Shown here: positions 45,809 to 60,631 of the stretch, one piece after another | How the letters are laid out: each line of letters starts with the position of its first letter | How positions within the stretch are numbered: position 1 is the first letter of the stretch | Assembly (NCBI GenBank): GCA_017499595.2 | Contig: CM039008.1 | Coordinates: forward strand, 1,922,001-1,986,000 | Direction of reading: 5' to 3' | Length of the DNA: 64,000 nt | DNA from: Psilocybe cubensis | Taxonomy: Eukaryota | The notes under the pieces: generated by a model | The model's database searches: none | Told to the model about the DNA's origin: nothing | What the model saw: only the letters and a program-made list of their open reading frames with translations | Program-made: the position numbers and the translations under genes

Positions 45809-48800
45809 CAATCTAGACAATTGGCCCGCCGGCGTCTTCTGGTATTTTGCAGTTGCACGCGACGGTTCTAGAACCTGTACATTGTACTTACTACATGTAG
45901 ATTGTATACATATATGATGGGTTTATGCAGTACTATAGTTAAAGGTGCTGCGGAGCGAGGTCTGGTCTGGACTCTTGAATCTCTGGATTGCAGAGGATTC
46001 CGCAAAGTCTTTTGCTCCTTTTTTCCTTCCCGTCACGATATGGTTGCGGTTGTTGGTTGCAATTGGAATCGCACAAAGTTTGAAATAAAATTGCAAGTTT
46101 GCAAGTTTGGAATATCGGGCATCTGCCATCCAGTCGAACGTCCAGCAAATCAAAATTCTGACGTCTGACGACCTTTAAAAGTTGATCCTCCCTGATTTTC
46201 CCGCATCGTATACTTCTCATGCTTCTGGTTCTCCCGTTCCTTGCCATCGTCAAATTATCCATCAAACCATCAAATTAAAGCCATCACCGTCATCAAACCA
46301 CATCATCATCATCAACATCAATGCGCGAGTTTAGCACAGATCCCGAACACAGCCTCCCGGGTGTTTTCACTGACGCATTCACCCAGAACGCCAGAAGCTG
46401 CCAAAGTCAGATTTTTAGAATTTGATTTTTGGAGTTTAGATATTAGATATTATCTGATCGCTCGGCGGGACTTGAGGGTCCAGGACGCGGGACGCAGGAG
46501 CTGCGAGAATGTACCAGAACAACAAGAACAATTGAAATCTTGCGCCGTGTGGGATTTTAGTTGGCATTGGGATTTGTATTTGGGTTCCATTGGGATTTAG
46601 ATCTGGGCTGGGATGGGGTTGGAATAATTGCGAGTTGGGTCGGGGGCGGCGCCGGGCGGACTCAGGTTCTTTCAAGAAGACACAAGCAGGAAGGTGAAAG
46701 GGAACGACAGCGAAATGGCTACAGTGATGGAAGGGAATAGGGGACGGAGACGGGTGGCATGTCACTCAAGCAAAAGAGGAGGCTAGGGAGAGAAAATTCA
46801 AGAGAGATCAAGAAAAAACGAGGGAGCCAAAGTTGCAGGTTCAAGCGATGTCGGTCTCAATTTCCTCGACGTGGACAGTCTAGTGAAAATGGGAAGCTTG
46901 CTTGCTTACTGGCCGGGTAAAAGTAAAAAGGCTAGATACTAGATCTGAAATGGGACATCGAGTCCAGTTACCAAAGTCAATATACACCGCAACGCATCGC
47001 TCCGCGATGTGTCCAATGTGAATTCAGGGCGGAGCGGGGCAAGTTCTTGACACTGACAGAGATATTGATAGTAGTTGAGTACCTGAGAAACCTGAGTAGG
47101 TTTGTATGTGAGTATGGTATATACACTTTCGCACCGCATTTGTTGACATTGGATTTCGAGGGTGAAATTGTTTTTGTAGGATGTGAATTCAGCTCCAAAT
47201 TTAATATTGGACACTCGATGTTAGATATTCAAAGCTTGATGCTTGATAGCCAAAGCTTGATTTGCGATGTGCGCGGCTTCGAAGGTACAAAGGTGCGCAC
47301 GAAGACGGACATTACGACGTAAAAGTACGCGTACATAGTATGTCATTTCTTGATGTCGATGCACAGCCATGGAGGACTGGGGCCAAAGGATAAGAATAGA
47401 ATAGCGTAGAGTAGAATTCAATAGAATGGAATAATGATAGGGGCGAGCAGGTCGGCAGGGAACAGAAGTACAATGTCATGGAATAGATGGCGCCTCCGAC
47501 CCTGACACGCTTTGCCTGCTCGCACGACCCTGCGAGGGTTGTCCAGTAAAAGTACGGACATGTACGTACGTGTGCTCAAGTGACCCGTCCCGTCAACCGA
47601 ATCTTCGGAGCTGCTAAGGTCGATGGGATAGAAATTAGGATACGATTGGGGGAGGGGGAATCACGATCATTGATGATCATAATGATGCTGATGCTGATGT
47701 CTATACCTAGGATTCGGACTTCCGAGTGATTACTCACTAATCAGGATCGCATCGAATCGAGGAATCGAGGACTGCGGACAAGGGACAAATGGAAGGAGAC
47801 TAGACGAAAAGGCTGTGCTCGCGCGCCCGCGTGCGCGTGAGCGCTCACGGACCGATGCGAGGTTGCATTCTGGGTGCCCTGGCGAGAGCACCGCGATTGC
47901 AAAATGGGTGGTGCATGCATAACTATAAGCTGCAATAGTGTTGCCTTCCCATTCCGTCGATCTGAGGTGTCCTGCGCTGCACGGCACGGGCACATAGTAT
48001 TAATACATATAGCATGACGTGCTCCTGCATGATTGTGCCTTTTAGTGTATACTGTTATTGTAGGCCTTGCATGAGTGCGCCTGTTTGATACCTGGGAGTC
48101 AGTCGGAGTTGATGATCGAGACTTGAACAAGGTGGAGCGTCGTTGCAGTCCCGGTTGGGGCGCGCGTGGTGCACTGTGGATTAATTGGATTTGGTATTCC
48201 GCAACGCGCCGTAGGAGACGTCGGCTCTGCCGCGGCAGAAGTGGTGTTCGGCATGCACGGCGTGGTTGTAGGATGGTTGGTTGGTGGATGGTTATTGTAG
48301 ATAGATTTGGGTGGCATGGGATGGAAGTGTGCTTAATGAGCAGTACAGATGTAGATGCAAATCGGTTGGACACCGAGTCAGCGACGAATTGATAGGATTG
48401 TCCGCTTGGCTCCTTTACGAGAGGTTGTTGATGGCGGTGTGATTTGCATTGCCTGTGAATTTGTAGTGGTGATGGCGACCAAGTTGGACGAGGAGCGGGG
48501 GGGTGAAAGGTATATTGTTTGTGGGTGGATTGGGGATTATAGATTTTTGTGCGGGAAATGAGGAGGTGCGGGTTGTAACTCGGATTAGAATGTAACTTGG
48601 ATGGATTACATTTACGGAGAGCAGCTGGGGGAACGGGGATCTGGGAAATCGGGATGCGGCAGGCACGGGATTCAGGATGGCAACGGTAACCCCGGATAAA
48701 GTAGCGGGCCTTGAACCCGACTTTGTACCATTGGGACAGCGCAGAATTTTAAGTGGAAAAGCACTATCGCCCCTCCGTCCATCTCACAAGTTTCCAACCC

Positions 48801-49011
48801 CACCACACCTCTGCCTGCACCATTCACGACTCACGACAAACACGACTGCAGGTGCGTATTTTCATCGGAGGCATATCAGCACATGCACGCACTGACCACG
48901 CGGCCTCTAGAGATTAGTTTATCCGAAGGCACCTTCGCAGCTCTATCGTCGCCCCATCGATTTTTTCTGGATAGTGTAGCCGCAAGCCGCCAGCGAACGC
49001 AGCACCGATCC

Positions 49012-52000
49012 ATGTCGACATTCAGCACCATGCAGCGTCCACACCACGACCAGCAGTCCCAACAGCAGTCGCGGGTGTACGCCTCCTTCACCGAATCTAT
49101 ATCGAACCCGTCGTCAACCCATTCGTCCCCACGAACCTTTCCTTCCGATCTCGATGCCTTTTACCCCGCACACCAGCTCGGCATTAACAGTGGGAGCGGA
49201 GGAAGCAATGTCGGGACCAGCAGTAGCAGCAGTGGGAGTGGCATGCACAGCCATATAAGCCACCTGCAGCACTCGCAGACGTACCCTCTCCCAGCGGGCA
49301 CGCAGATGCACCCATACATTCCCGCCCATCAGCGGCGGCCCCCGCTTCCGCACCAGAATACGCACCCTCATGCGCCCTTCCACCACCTACACCAGGGGCA
49401 GGGACAGCAGTACTCGCAAACGCACATGCAGCCGAGCCGTAGCTCGTCGTACTCGTCGACGTACACCGCACCGATGCCACTGCAGGTGAGCACGTCGTCG
49501 AGCTCCGTCACGCAGTCTGAGCACGATCCGAACGAACGAACGGCGAGACCGGGTAATGCGCATGTTCATACTCAATTCCATCAGGCGTTAAGTGCCGCTG
49601 CGGCGGCGGCATCAGGATCGGGAGGCGGCATATCGGTGACGGGGGCGGGGGCGGTAGATGCCGAAGGGGCGGGAGCGGGGTCGGGGGCGGGGATGGCGCA
49701 GGAGCGTGCCGAAGACGGCGGCGGCCGGGGCGGCAGCAGCGCAGAAATTTGTGCGGAGACAAACCAAATTTCCTCATCATCACGCCCCTCGTCGTCACAC
49801 TCACGCCCGTCCACGTCACACTCGCGCTCGTCGTCGTCCGCGTCGCCACCACAAGCTCAACAGCAGCAACAGCAAGACTACACAGCAAGCACCCCGGGCC
49901 TCTCCGCGGGGCTCAGCCGACCCCTCAAACCCATTGAGCAAGAACGGCTCGCGCATTTAGACAGGCTAAAGTTTTTCCTCGCCACTGCACCGTCGTCGTG
50001 GGATGCCGCCGCGAAGGCGTCTGGATCTTCTTCTGGGTCGTCATCTTCAGAGGGGGAGTTTGCGTACGGAGGCGGGGGAAATGGCGGGTTCTCCGGTATG
50101 GGCGGGGCACTCAGTATGAACTCAAACTTGGGTCTCGGTATGCCCCTAGTCGAACCCGCATATCATCACGCTCCGCCGCACCCAGCGCTCAACCGCTTCC
50201 TGCTGCCCAACCAGGAGTTCGTGACGTGTGTGCTTTGGAATGGGCTGTACCATATTACGGGCACGGATATCGTGCGTGCGCTCGTCTTTCGGTTCGAGGT
50301 GGGTGATCGTTTTCATGTTTTCCTTTTTTTTTCCTCTTCCCTTCCTTTTTTTCTTTTTTTTTGCCTTTCCATTTCTTTTGAGGGGCTAGGTCACCTCTGG
50401 CGCAGTGTCTGTGTTTCTTTCGTGGGACAAAATTTGGGTGGTTTTTCAGTGATTTGAGATAGGGGTTTCGAGTACACCAAGGTTAAGGAGCGACGAGCGA
50501 GACGTCCTACTCGTCGTTGGAGCGGAGATCAGGGGTCTGCGGGTCTTTTCGGGTGAATGGTTGGCTGATTAGATGGTTTTTGCGGCGGGTGGTGACGGTT
50601 AATGGGGTTGGGGTTTGTGTTTGTGTTTATGCCTGTGGATTCGTGTTTGCGCTTATGGGTTTATGTTGGCACTGGACAACCGACGATGGAGCTGGATTTT
50701 CGGGCGGCGTTTGCGCTTATGTATTTGGTTGTTTGTGTTTGTGGGTTCAACTGCACATTGGGACATCGGATTGTTCATCCGAAAGACTGTCTTTCGATCT
50801 TTAGTTTTAGAACATTGAAGCTGTGTTTCTGAGGGGAAATTTTGTTGACTTCGTTTTTTTTCAAACATTTTATTTTCTTTTATTTTTCTTTTGTTCTATA
50901 GCCTCTGAAGGGTGGGTGCCTCCCTTGGCGTAGATTTGCCTAACTACCTACTACGCTCCTGTAGCGTATTTTCTGTCCTTGATCTACTTCTACACCACGG
51001 CGGGCCCTCACGTCCCCCCCCTCGAGGCCCAGCCTCTCCGGGCTCTTAGCAGTAGCATCTCTACCGTGTGGGCAGGCTGTTTCCCTTGCCTGTAACTTCC
51101 TACATTGACTTGTGATTTTGTTTTCATGGTCTTTGCTTCTCATGTTTTCCCCTTCTATTTTTCGAATTTTTTTTGCTGGAGATCAAATTTCTTTTTTCTG
51201 GCTGGTGTTTATCATGTTGGTGGGATTGTATTGCCATGGCGGACCGGGACTAGATGGCAAAGCAACGGACTTGTTGGAACTCTTTTTTAACTTTTTTGAT
51301 CTTTTTCTTGTTAGAATTTTTTTTTAATCCTTTGCTTTCTTTTTGTGGACGATCAAAGTCCATTTTTATTTTATTTCTGTGAACGTTTAGCTGACTATCT
51401 TTTGTGTTCTGCGTACAGGCATTCGGTCGGCCAGTGAGGAACATGAAGAAATTCGAGGAGGGTGTGTTCAGCGATCTGCGCAATCTGAAGCCGGGCGTCG
51501 ATGCTTGTCTCGAAGAGCCAAAGGTAAGTCCGTCATTCATGCCTTTACTTTTGTTTCGTACGCTCCTATTTTATGTGTTTGCTCTTTTTGTTTTGCTTTT
51601 CACATTTTGGATGGTGAGAGGTGGGAGAGAGAAGGAAACAGTCTGTAGATAAGGATCATACATATGTTCTGGTGTTGAAGGACACACCGATTGGGTGTTG
51701 TTTTTGTTCCGTCCGAGTGTTCGTACATGGCGGAAGCGTGTGCGCCTCCGAAGAGAAGAGAAGGCGGGATATAATATTTTGTTTCATTAATTACGTTTTT
51801 TCATTTCATTTTCATTTTCAAATTTCCCCGATTTAATTTCTGATCCGCATTTTTGTTCCTCGCAGAGTCCCTTCCTCGACTTGCTCTTCAAGTATCAATG
51901 CATTCGCACGCAGAAGAAGCAGAAGGTCTTTTACTGGTAAATTTTCCTTGAGCTTCTCTCATTTCCTCCATTGCCCCATCTCTGCATATCTACATCTACA

Positions 52001-54626
52001 CACCCTTGTTTACACTCGCTAACCAATCCTACTCACCAGGTTCTCCGTCCCACATGACCGCCTCTTCCTCGACGCGCTCGAGCGCGACCTTAAACGCGAG
52101 AAGATGGGTCTCGAGCCCACAACACAGGTAGTCGGCGAGCCCGCGCTCTCATTCACATACGACTCCAAACGGAGCCTGTACGAGCAATTCAGCAAGGCTC
52201 AGGGTGTGCGAGACGGCGAGGGCGAGTTGGAGACGAGCTTGAGGATTGCGGAGGATGGATCAGGTGTGGGTGGGCAGGGAGTAGGTGCGGGTGCGAGTGA
52301 TGGAGCTGAGGGGTCCGGGTCGGTGTCGGGGGACAACAGCGACGCACACATGCACGATGAGAGCGAGAGTGAGAGCGTCGACGACTCCGGTATGACCGGC
52401 GGCGAGGAGAGCGACGCTGCCGGCAGCAGTGGGGCCCATCGTACGCTGAAGCGGCGCTCGGGTGCACCGAACGGCCACCCGTTCTTCACGAACATACCGC
52501 TATTTGAGGGCAGCCCGACGTACAAGCAGCGCAGGAAGAAGGGTACCAAGGGTGGGAGTATGTTGAGGAAGGGCAGTGAAGACTACCCGGACGAGTTTGA
52601 GCGAGGGCGTAGTGTTGGGCTTGGAGGTGTTGGTGTGGGTTTGGGTGCTGGTATTGGCACAGACAGGATGGGTAGCGTGAGCCGCGAGCGCGGTGCTCGT
52701 CCCCCGAAGCACCCAAGTATGCTTCACGAATTTGGCCCTGGCTCGGAAGATGCCAAGGCTCAGGAGATGGCGGAGATGAGCGCCGCGGATATGTTTCTCA
52801 AGCAAGCAAGAGGTCAACTCGTGCCCGGCGATGGTGTGGTGCGCAAACCGAAGCCGCAATATGTTGCGGGGAATGTGAGCGTTGTGTACCACCATGATGG
52901 AAGTGTGCAGCAGGCGCAGCAGCAGATGCAGCGTGGACAAGGCCAACAACAGCATGCCCGCCGAGCGAGTGCGGATGTCGGGTCACCCGACTTTAGCGAC
53001 CCCGACGGGAGCGAAGGCCCCATTTCGGCGTCATATATGCAAACAACATTCGACCCCAGTACCATTGCACCACCCGCGACAGGACAGACTCAGCAACAGC
53101 AGCAAGGACTGACGAGCATATCACAGTACGACGCAGCATCGCCGGACGGCAAGGTGCGCGCATTCGTGTGCCCGCTTTACTCGTGTCAACGGCTTTTCAA
53201 ACGAATGGAGCATTTGAAGCGGCACCTACGTACGCACACGCTCGAACGCCCCTTTTCGTGTACACGCTGCGGGAAGAAGTTCTCAAGGAGTGATAATTTG
53301 ACACAGCACCTGCGCACGCACGAGCGCACGGGGCATGGCGCTGCGGACTCGGTTGCGGGTGGTGCAGGCGCAGGCGCAGGTGGGGACCCGATTAACTGGA
53401 TGGAACCGGAGAATCCGGTGGTTGAGGGAGAGGGCAGCACCGGCGGTAGTCCTGGACAAAGTATGCCGGGCGGGGAGGACGATGGGGCAATGCCTGATAT
53501 GCTGGACTTTGGCGCTGGGGGCAACGGGATCGTTATGTTTGGCGGGGAGGAGGCAGGGCTAGGTCGGATGGTGGGGATAGATATGAACGTGCCGTATGAC
53601 ATAGACATGCATGGGTTCTCCAGCGATCAGCTTGACGAGAGAATGTGCGAGGTCGAGGTCCCCGGTGGTGTGCGCGATGTTCAGGGTGATGAGGAGGGCG
53701 AGGTGATGCGTATGGGCGGTGTCGAGCCGTCTCTCGTGTTTAGGCAGCAGCAGCAACAGATGCCTGGCTCCGAGTTCCCGTTTGTCAGCCAGCCGTCGTC
53801 AGATTTCTCCGACGGACAGTGGGCGACGCGCCCGACGAGCACGCACGGCTCACCCGCAGGTGGGTTCGCGCGTATGTACCACACCCATTCCTCCTCCTCG
53901 TCCCAGTCGTCTAATTTTGGCGAAGATTTCGGGCTCGCGTCGCTCTCTGCGCCGTCGCACCGGCAAAGCTTCGATCATGCAGGATTGTACCCACCGAACC
54001 TGCTTGAAGGAGGCGGGATCGGGCCTGTGAGACGGCACAGGAGCATGACACCGTCACTTGCGCGCAACGGCGAGCCCATCCGCCGTCCGATGACCGCCAA
54101 TAGCAGCGATCTTCAAGGTGTAGGTGGTGGATCACCTGGGAGCGTCTCGTCGATGAACTCGAACGGCGGCGCAGGAGCACGGGGGTACCACCCATACTAC
54201 AGCAACAACAACTCGCGCGCCAACTCGACACACAACAGCCCGCAGGTGCACTCCATCCCGCTTGGAGGTGAGTTGGCAGCTGGACGGCCTGGATCGCGTG
54301 GGTCGAGCTACGGCGGTGTGAGCGGGCTGCATGAGCAGATGCGGCAGATGATGAGCATGGATGGCGGAGGTTCAGGCGCGGGTGCGACTGGATCTGTGTT
54401 TGGGGAGAACGCGTTTAGGACGGGCTCGCCTGCGTCCTTCCACCAAACCGAGTCCCCTGGAACGTTCAGCATCGATTTACCGTTGCAATACACGGGCTCG
54501 CCTGGTTTCAACCCAGCGCAGCAACAAGTTTTGCACGCGGCGACGATGCCTCAGTTTGGCTCCAGCCAGCAGCAGCAGTATGATGGATATTATCACAATG
54601 TCCAGCAGCCACATGCAACGCTTTAA
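49012..54626 (+). CDS. STE12: STE12-like transcription factor (STE domain + two C2H2 zinc fingers); exons 49012-50298, 51419-51523, 51866-51936, 52040-54626
   Basis: [142 protein letters not shown]. The start could be an upstream in-frame ATG (48883). Confidence 0.95.
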
Positions 54627-56628
54627 TTTATTCGCGGATCTCTTTCTTGCTTGATTGATTTTATTTATTTATTGGTTCCAATGCATTCTAACCTCCTTTA
54701 TTTAATTTTCTCTTTCCCTTTTGCTCAGGGTGCCTCCGTTTGATTCGATTATTATGTTATGCTTTGCGTTATCTGGATTTCTTTCTATCTATTGTACACA
54801 AAACCGAGTGGTTTAATATATAAAATCAACCAATATCATTATTTCTGCACAAGTTTGTACTTATTGCAATCTATTGGATTTGTGTATATAGATTCTTGGT
54901 CTTTACCTGATTCAATGGAAACCCGCCTTGGCTGCAGCAGGAAACACGGTGTCATTGTCACATGAAGTCAGAACAGGACTGAGTTTCTGTATCGAAAGTG
55001 AAGAGGCGAGGATACAATAAGTACAGGGTAAGACAACGACTAAGAAGATAAGAAGGGAGATTTACCTTTGAAGGACTTGGAAAAGTTGCAACTGTATGCC
55101 TTTCTTGTGTAAATAAATCATATGTAGTAATCAGTTTCATCAAATGAGGCATGGGGTTTAAATAAAATGTTCTCCCTCTCGTCGGAGAGAAAAGAGTTTT
55201 AATAGTATCTACCCATCAGTATGTTGGCAATAATAACTAATGCCTTTGAGGAGATTCATTATACCAGATCGACACGTTGACTGTCAGAAAACATGAAAGA
55301 TGGAGGGTCTTCTGAGAAGTTATGCCATGTTTTCCCCGTGCCCCGCAAGGAAGAAGCGCCAACCGGTAAGCTCTTGAAATGAGCCATTATGAATCTCCAT
55401 GATATGACAAAGATCAATATGCTCGGTTTACAGCTAGATCCAAAATCCTAGTACGTGCATGCTATTCTAAAAAAAAATTACAATCGTGCGCCTCTGTTAT
55501 GCAAACAAACCATATATGTGACGAGTATGGTTATTGAAAGGGTCTTACCGCCGAACCGCAAATCTATCTCGCTCGCAGCTCATCGTATACACTACTTTTG
55601 AAATGTATGCCACTTCAACAATGCATTATTCTTGCACAACGGTCCGTTGAAGCTTCCAAAGCACATGGGCATCGACATTGTTCTTCTCCACCTGGTTGAC
55701 ATATTTCAGGATAAAATACGACGGATATATCTACCTCACAGCTTGGACGTGATTTTGGTAGTGGTAGTGAAAGAGTCTCTGGGCTTTGGTTCTATCAGTC
55801 AAAAGATGAATTTTGCTTCTGCCGGTCTAAACATCCCACACATAACTTTAAAGTAACTTATACGCATTGGAATAGTATCTATTTATGCTATAGGGTGTTG
55901 ATTCTTGAATTACTTCTTCACGGACCGATTTCAAGATAACATTAAGGCAATTATATTCATAGGTCTGTTATAATCTGGTGGTTCTTAATACTCCCGCGCG
56001 TCAAGAATGTTAAGCCGTGTTACGCGATGCGTGCTACTAATGTTACTCTTGAAGTGTTATAACTATTCTAATTTGTCAACCTTCTTTAAATGTTTGGTTT
56101 TTTTGTAGGGATCGATCTTGAAAACTAGCTTTTTTGCAGAAACCCCACTGATTGGGTTCTGTAAAATAATATTCAGATATGTATCTGTATTCCATAAGGC
56201 AGAAAGACACCTGAGGTGGCCTCATTTGACAAGTGCGAATAGTATAGGCAATGTATGATTCCCGGAGCTGCAATTGACATCCACGGGTAAACATGGGAAA
56301 ATAATCCTCATGATTCGTCCTTCTCGTGGTAGCTCACCTACCTTGCATGGACAGTGGAATGCATCTGCAAGACCTTATCGTGGTGTGGATGGAGCCGCAT
56401 GCCCAGTTTGCCAAGAGACTTATTCTATTTATAAATTAACTGCCGCTTGCCACATCGCTTCACTTGTGGTTCAAATAAGCCACCAGATATCTTGAATATA
56501 CATCCTTCCATTGGTCTGTGATATTAGAACCCCATGGAGAGACTAGATATTCTCACTCTCGATAATGCAGTCATGTAGGTATATGAAGGGCCCTTGCCTC
56601 ATCGATTTAGCATTGAACAACGCCCACC

Positions 56629-59600
56629 ATGGCTTTGGTCAACTCTTCTCCTACATCTCCCAAGACCCAGCGCAGTGATTCGTTTGGGGATGAGAAGGGA
56701 ATTGTTGAAGAGAAAGGAAGTAAAGGCTCTGTAGAGATCGCTGGATCCATCCAGGGAGATGTCTACGATGATATTCGTGCAATTGATATGGGTGAGGATG
56801 GAAAGGAACGTCCCATCGGTATGTAGAGTCACTTGTTACCAGAATTTCTATGCACTAACCCTTTGTCAATAGAAACCGACATCGATGTCGCAACACGTTT
56901 GATATCTCTGGAAGATGACCCAACACTTCCAGCTTTCACATTCAGGATGTGGCTCCTTGGTCTGGGTTTATCGTGCTTTGGAGCAGTCCTGGGACAGATT
57001 TTTGTATGTCTATTCTATTCTGACCATGTTGTCTTTCTGACTTTATGCATAGTACTTCCGACCTCAAACAGTGTACGTTAGCCCACTGTTCCTCCAAATT
57101 CTCGCATATCTTCTTGGACTCGTCCTCGAAGAGATCATCCCTGGGCCCCACAATGTCCGAGAGTCCATGCGAACAAAGGACACAGCATTCTGGAGGTTCA
57201 TGAACCCAGGGCCTTTCAGTGAGTCCAAAAATAATCCTTCTGTTTTCCCGACTAACGTCGTGGATATGCAGACATCAAGGAGCATGTGGCTATTACCATC
57301 TTCTCAACTACTGCGGCAGAGTCTGCTCTTGCGATCAGCATATTTGCAGCAGACGAGCTCTATTATAAACTAGAGGTGCGAATATTGCGTTGATTTATCG
57401 CCCCCTTGGATCCACTTTTCTGACGTCGATTCCCAGCCAAATGTCGGTGTGGGGATATTTACTCTCATCGGTTGGTGGACAGCTGCCCTAGCTGGTGGAT
57501 TTTTTCAAGCAGTTAACTTCTTATCTGCATAGGTTCACAGTTGATGGGGTATGGTCTAGGAGGTGGGTCCACTCCTATTTTTGATACAAACGTAAAGACC
57601 TCTTAGGGGCTTTCAAACATAGGCATCATGCGAGCGTTCCTGGTTTACCCGACGTACATCGTATTCCCGAATCTGCTCCCAACAGTCCAGCTTTTCGATG
57701 CATTGCATCGCGGAAAGAAGATCTTCCTCCAGAAAAAACGCGTCAAGTTCTTCTGGTCTGTCTTTGTGGCGATTTTTGTATGGGAGTGGTTCCCTGAGTT
57801 TATCGCACCGTAAGCGCCCATTTATATCCTTATCATCGTGTGATCATGATACTTATGCTTGTTTTGATCTGCGCAGCACGCTCACTGGGATAAGCATATT
57901 CTGCCTTGCCAAACGCGATAGTGCATGGGTATCTCGGATCTTTGGTGAGATATTTACCGTTCTTCACTATCTGGATATGTTTGGATGCTCATCCGTATGT
58001 GGTGCCACAGGGGGCGCTGCTGGAAATGAAGGACTAGGGATGTTCTCCCTGTGTCTTGACTGGAACTATGTCGGTTCGGGCGGAGGGTCTCTGGGTGCTC
58101 TATTCACCCCTCTCTCGACTCAGTTATCTCTTTATTTCGGAACCATGGTATGCATGTGCGTCACTCACCCGTATGCTCCACCACAATTGCGTTGCTAACC
58201 TCGCCTCACAAAATCCAGAATCGCATTTTGTGCATGCTATGCCGCCAACACCTGGAACGGTCAAAACTTCCCATGGCTCTCTCAGGATTTATTCTACGAA
58301 AATGGAACTACGTACGATCAACTGGCCATTCTGGACGAAAACTTCCGTTTAGATCCCGCTAAGCTTGCAGAAGTGGTTTGTGACACTTGCCATTGTTGGT
58401 ATCTGGAAATAGTACTAACCGCTTATGGAACTATTGCAGGGCCTCCCATGGTTCTCGAGCTCGCAGGTCCTGACCAAGATTGGATCTAATTTGGCAATCG
58501 GAGCTACAATTATGCACGTCATTATCTGGTACGGCAGAGATATCATCGAGGTCGTTCGAAAATACAGGGTAACCGTCCTCTTCTATGCTGCTTTATATTT
58601 CTTCCTAACGCGTAATTATGTAGGCTGGAGAGAACTATGACCCACACCTTGCGAAGATGAAGGTGTACCCTGAGGTCCCGATGTGGTGGTACATCGCCAT
58701 CTTCGTGTCGAGCTTTGCAATGGCGATGGCTACCATTTATACTGGACATTCTCACCTTCCATGGCAAGTCCAGATGCGTTGTATTTTTTGGCACCAAAAG
58801 CTGACACTGCGAAAATTCTAGGTGGGGATTGATCGTGTCGCTCCTCATCGCCGCGATCTTCCTTCCCTTTGTCGTGACGGTCTATGCTATCACCGGTTTT
58901 GTACCCAACATGCAGAACCTCGTTCAGATTCTCGGTGCGGCTATGATTCCAGGTAGCCCACAAACGAACATGTACTTTACTCTGTACGGGTTCAATACGG
59001 TCGACCAGGCTCGTGGGCTCATCCGTGATCTCAAAATGGTACATACGAGGACTTCTTGTTTGACAAAATCTTGAAGCTGACCTTTTGCTTTATTCAATTT
59101 TAGGGTCAGTACACCAAACTTCCTCCTCGCGTCACATTCGTTGTCCAGTCCATCGGAGCCATAGTCGTAAGTCCCTGTATTTTCGTTCCGCACCGTTAAC
59201 ATATTGTAATGGTAAATTGTCATTTTAGGGTGGACTTTTGAACTTTATCATTATGAAGATCCTCATTGCCAGCCACCGTGAAATCCTGCTTGACGTGCAA
59301 GGATCCAACATTGTACGTCCTGATCGTTTCAAAGAGATAAGATTTTGATCAAAGTACTCGCGAATGACAGTGGTCAGGCCAGCAAGTTCAGTCCTTCAAC
59401 AGTGACGCCGTTTCGTGGGGTGCCCTCGGCAACCTCTTGTACGCCCCCGACGGGCGCTACGCTGCAAGTCTCATTCTCTACATTTGAAAATGCATCCGGT
59501 CTTATTTATTCCTTTGTAGCTTGTACCATTCTCTATCCTGATCGGTCTCGCTGTCCCCATCCCCTTTTGGATCCTACACAAGTTCTTCCCCAAGCTCGGC

Positions 59601-60017
59601 GCCAACCGTGTCGTCACACCCGTCCTCTGCTGTAAGATTATCCAAGGCATGCAGAATATCAAAACTGACATCCACTTTTAACAGGGACACTTGGATACCT
59701 CAGCGTCGGCATCAACTCGTCCGTATTCACGACCTTCTGCCTCGCCGTGTTCTCGCAGTACTACCTGCGCCGCTACCGCCCAGGATGGTTCAGGAAATAC
59801 AACTTCCTCCTCTCCGCTGCTCTCGACGGCGGCACCCAAGTCATGGTGTTCGTTTTCACCTTTGCAGTCGGCGGTGGCAGCGGCAAGGTGATAAACATGC
59901 CGAACTGGGCTCTGGTGCGTGTTATCATTTTTGATATGCTATTGCACTGCTGAAGACGGTTTTGAATTTATGTAGAACCCTGTTGGGAACCCGGATTATT
60001 GCCAACGTCTCACCTAA
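56629..60017 (+). CDS. OPT-family oligopeptide transporter, many short exons
   Basis: DDPTLPAFTFRMW, NPGPF|NIKEH, WEWFPEFIAP, GLGMFSLCLDW, DPHLAKMKVYPEVPMWWY, DLKM|GQYTKLPPR, WFRKYNFLLSAALDGG, PNWAL|NPVGNPDYC; TAA at 60015-60017. Confidence 0.93.
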
Positions 60018-60631
60018 ATGTGATGTAATGATAACGATTTTTTGTAATTCTTGTACTAGTATACGTAGCTAGCTGTGTGTGATTTTCCATCGATAGGAAT
60101 GAATGTATAATGCAAACCCAAGAGACCTATCAGCACCCACAGCAGCAAGGGCCGCAACCCTGAACATCTCCTATCCTGCGACACCCAGTCCCGCTCTAAT
60201 GAATATGATGTTTTGGAATTCAGATTCGACAAAGCGATCTTCGAGTTTACACGCCCACACAGCATACGTTAAAAATCGTAAATAATACACGAAAAAAAAA
60301 GAATGATAAAATGAAAGAGAATATGTAACATAATACTGAAGAAAAAAGAAGTGATAAACTATCTGACAAGAAGAAGGGATGAGGAAAGATAAAATAAAGA
60401 GAAAAAAGAAGAATGAACGAGTGTCTATGTCCGTGCTGAAAGGGTCGTCGTTAAATTTTGATCATGGAATATGAAGCTGATGAGCGTGTGAGTAGCGAGT
60501 GATAAACGTTTGTGAGAAGAATAAAGTAAAGTAAACTGAAGAATGAAAGAAGAAAAAAAGGTCAATGTGGTCGTGGCGAAGGATGTAAACTCGAAGTAGA
60601 AGGAAACGAACTGATTTGATTTTTTATTTCA

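Noticed and set aside
45474-46765. ORFs spanning or following the N gap as the N-terminus of the exonuclease-transposase
   Set aside because: The frame cannot be carried across a gap of unknown size, and I found no recognisable motifs right of the gap.
49114-54654. Numerous antisense and alternate-frame ORFs over STE12 (also 691-1839, 14708-15379, 62752-63381)
   Set aside because: Shadows of GC-rich or low-complexity coding sequence on the other strand.
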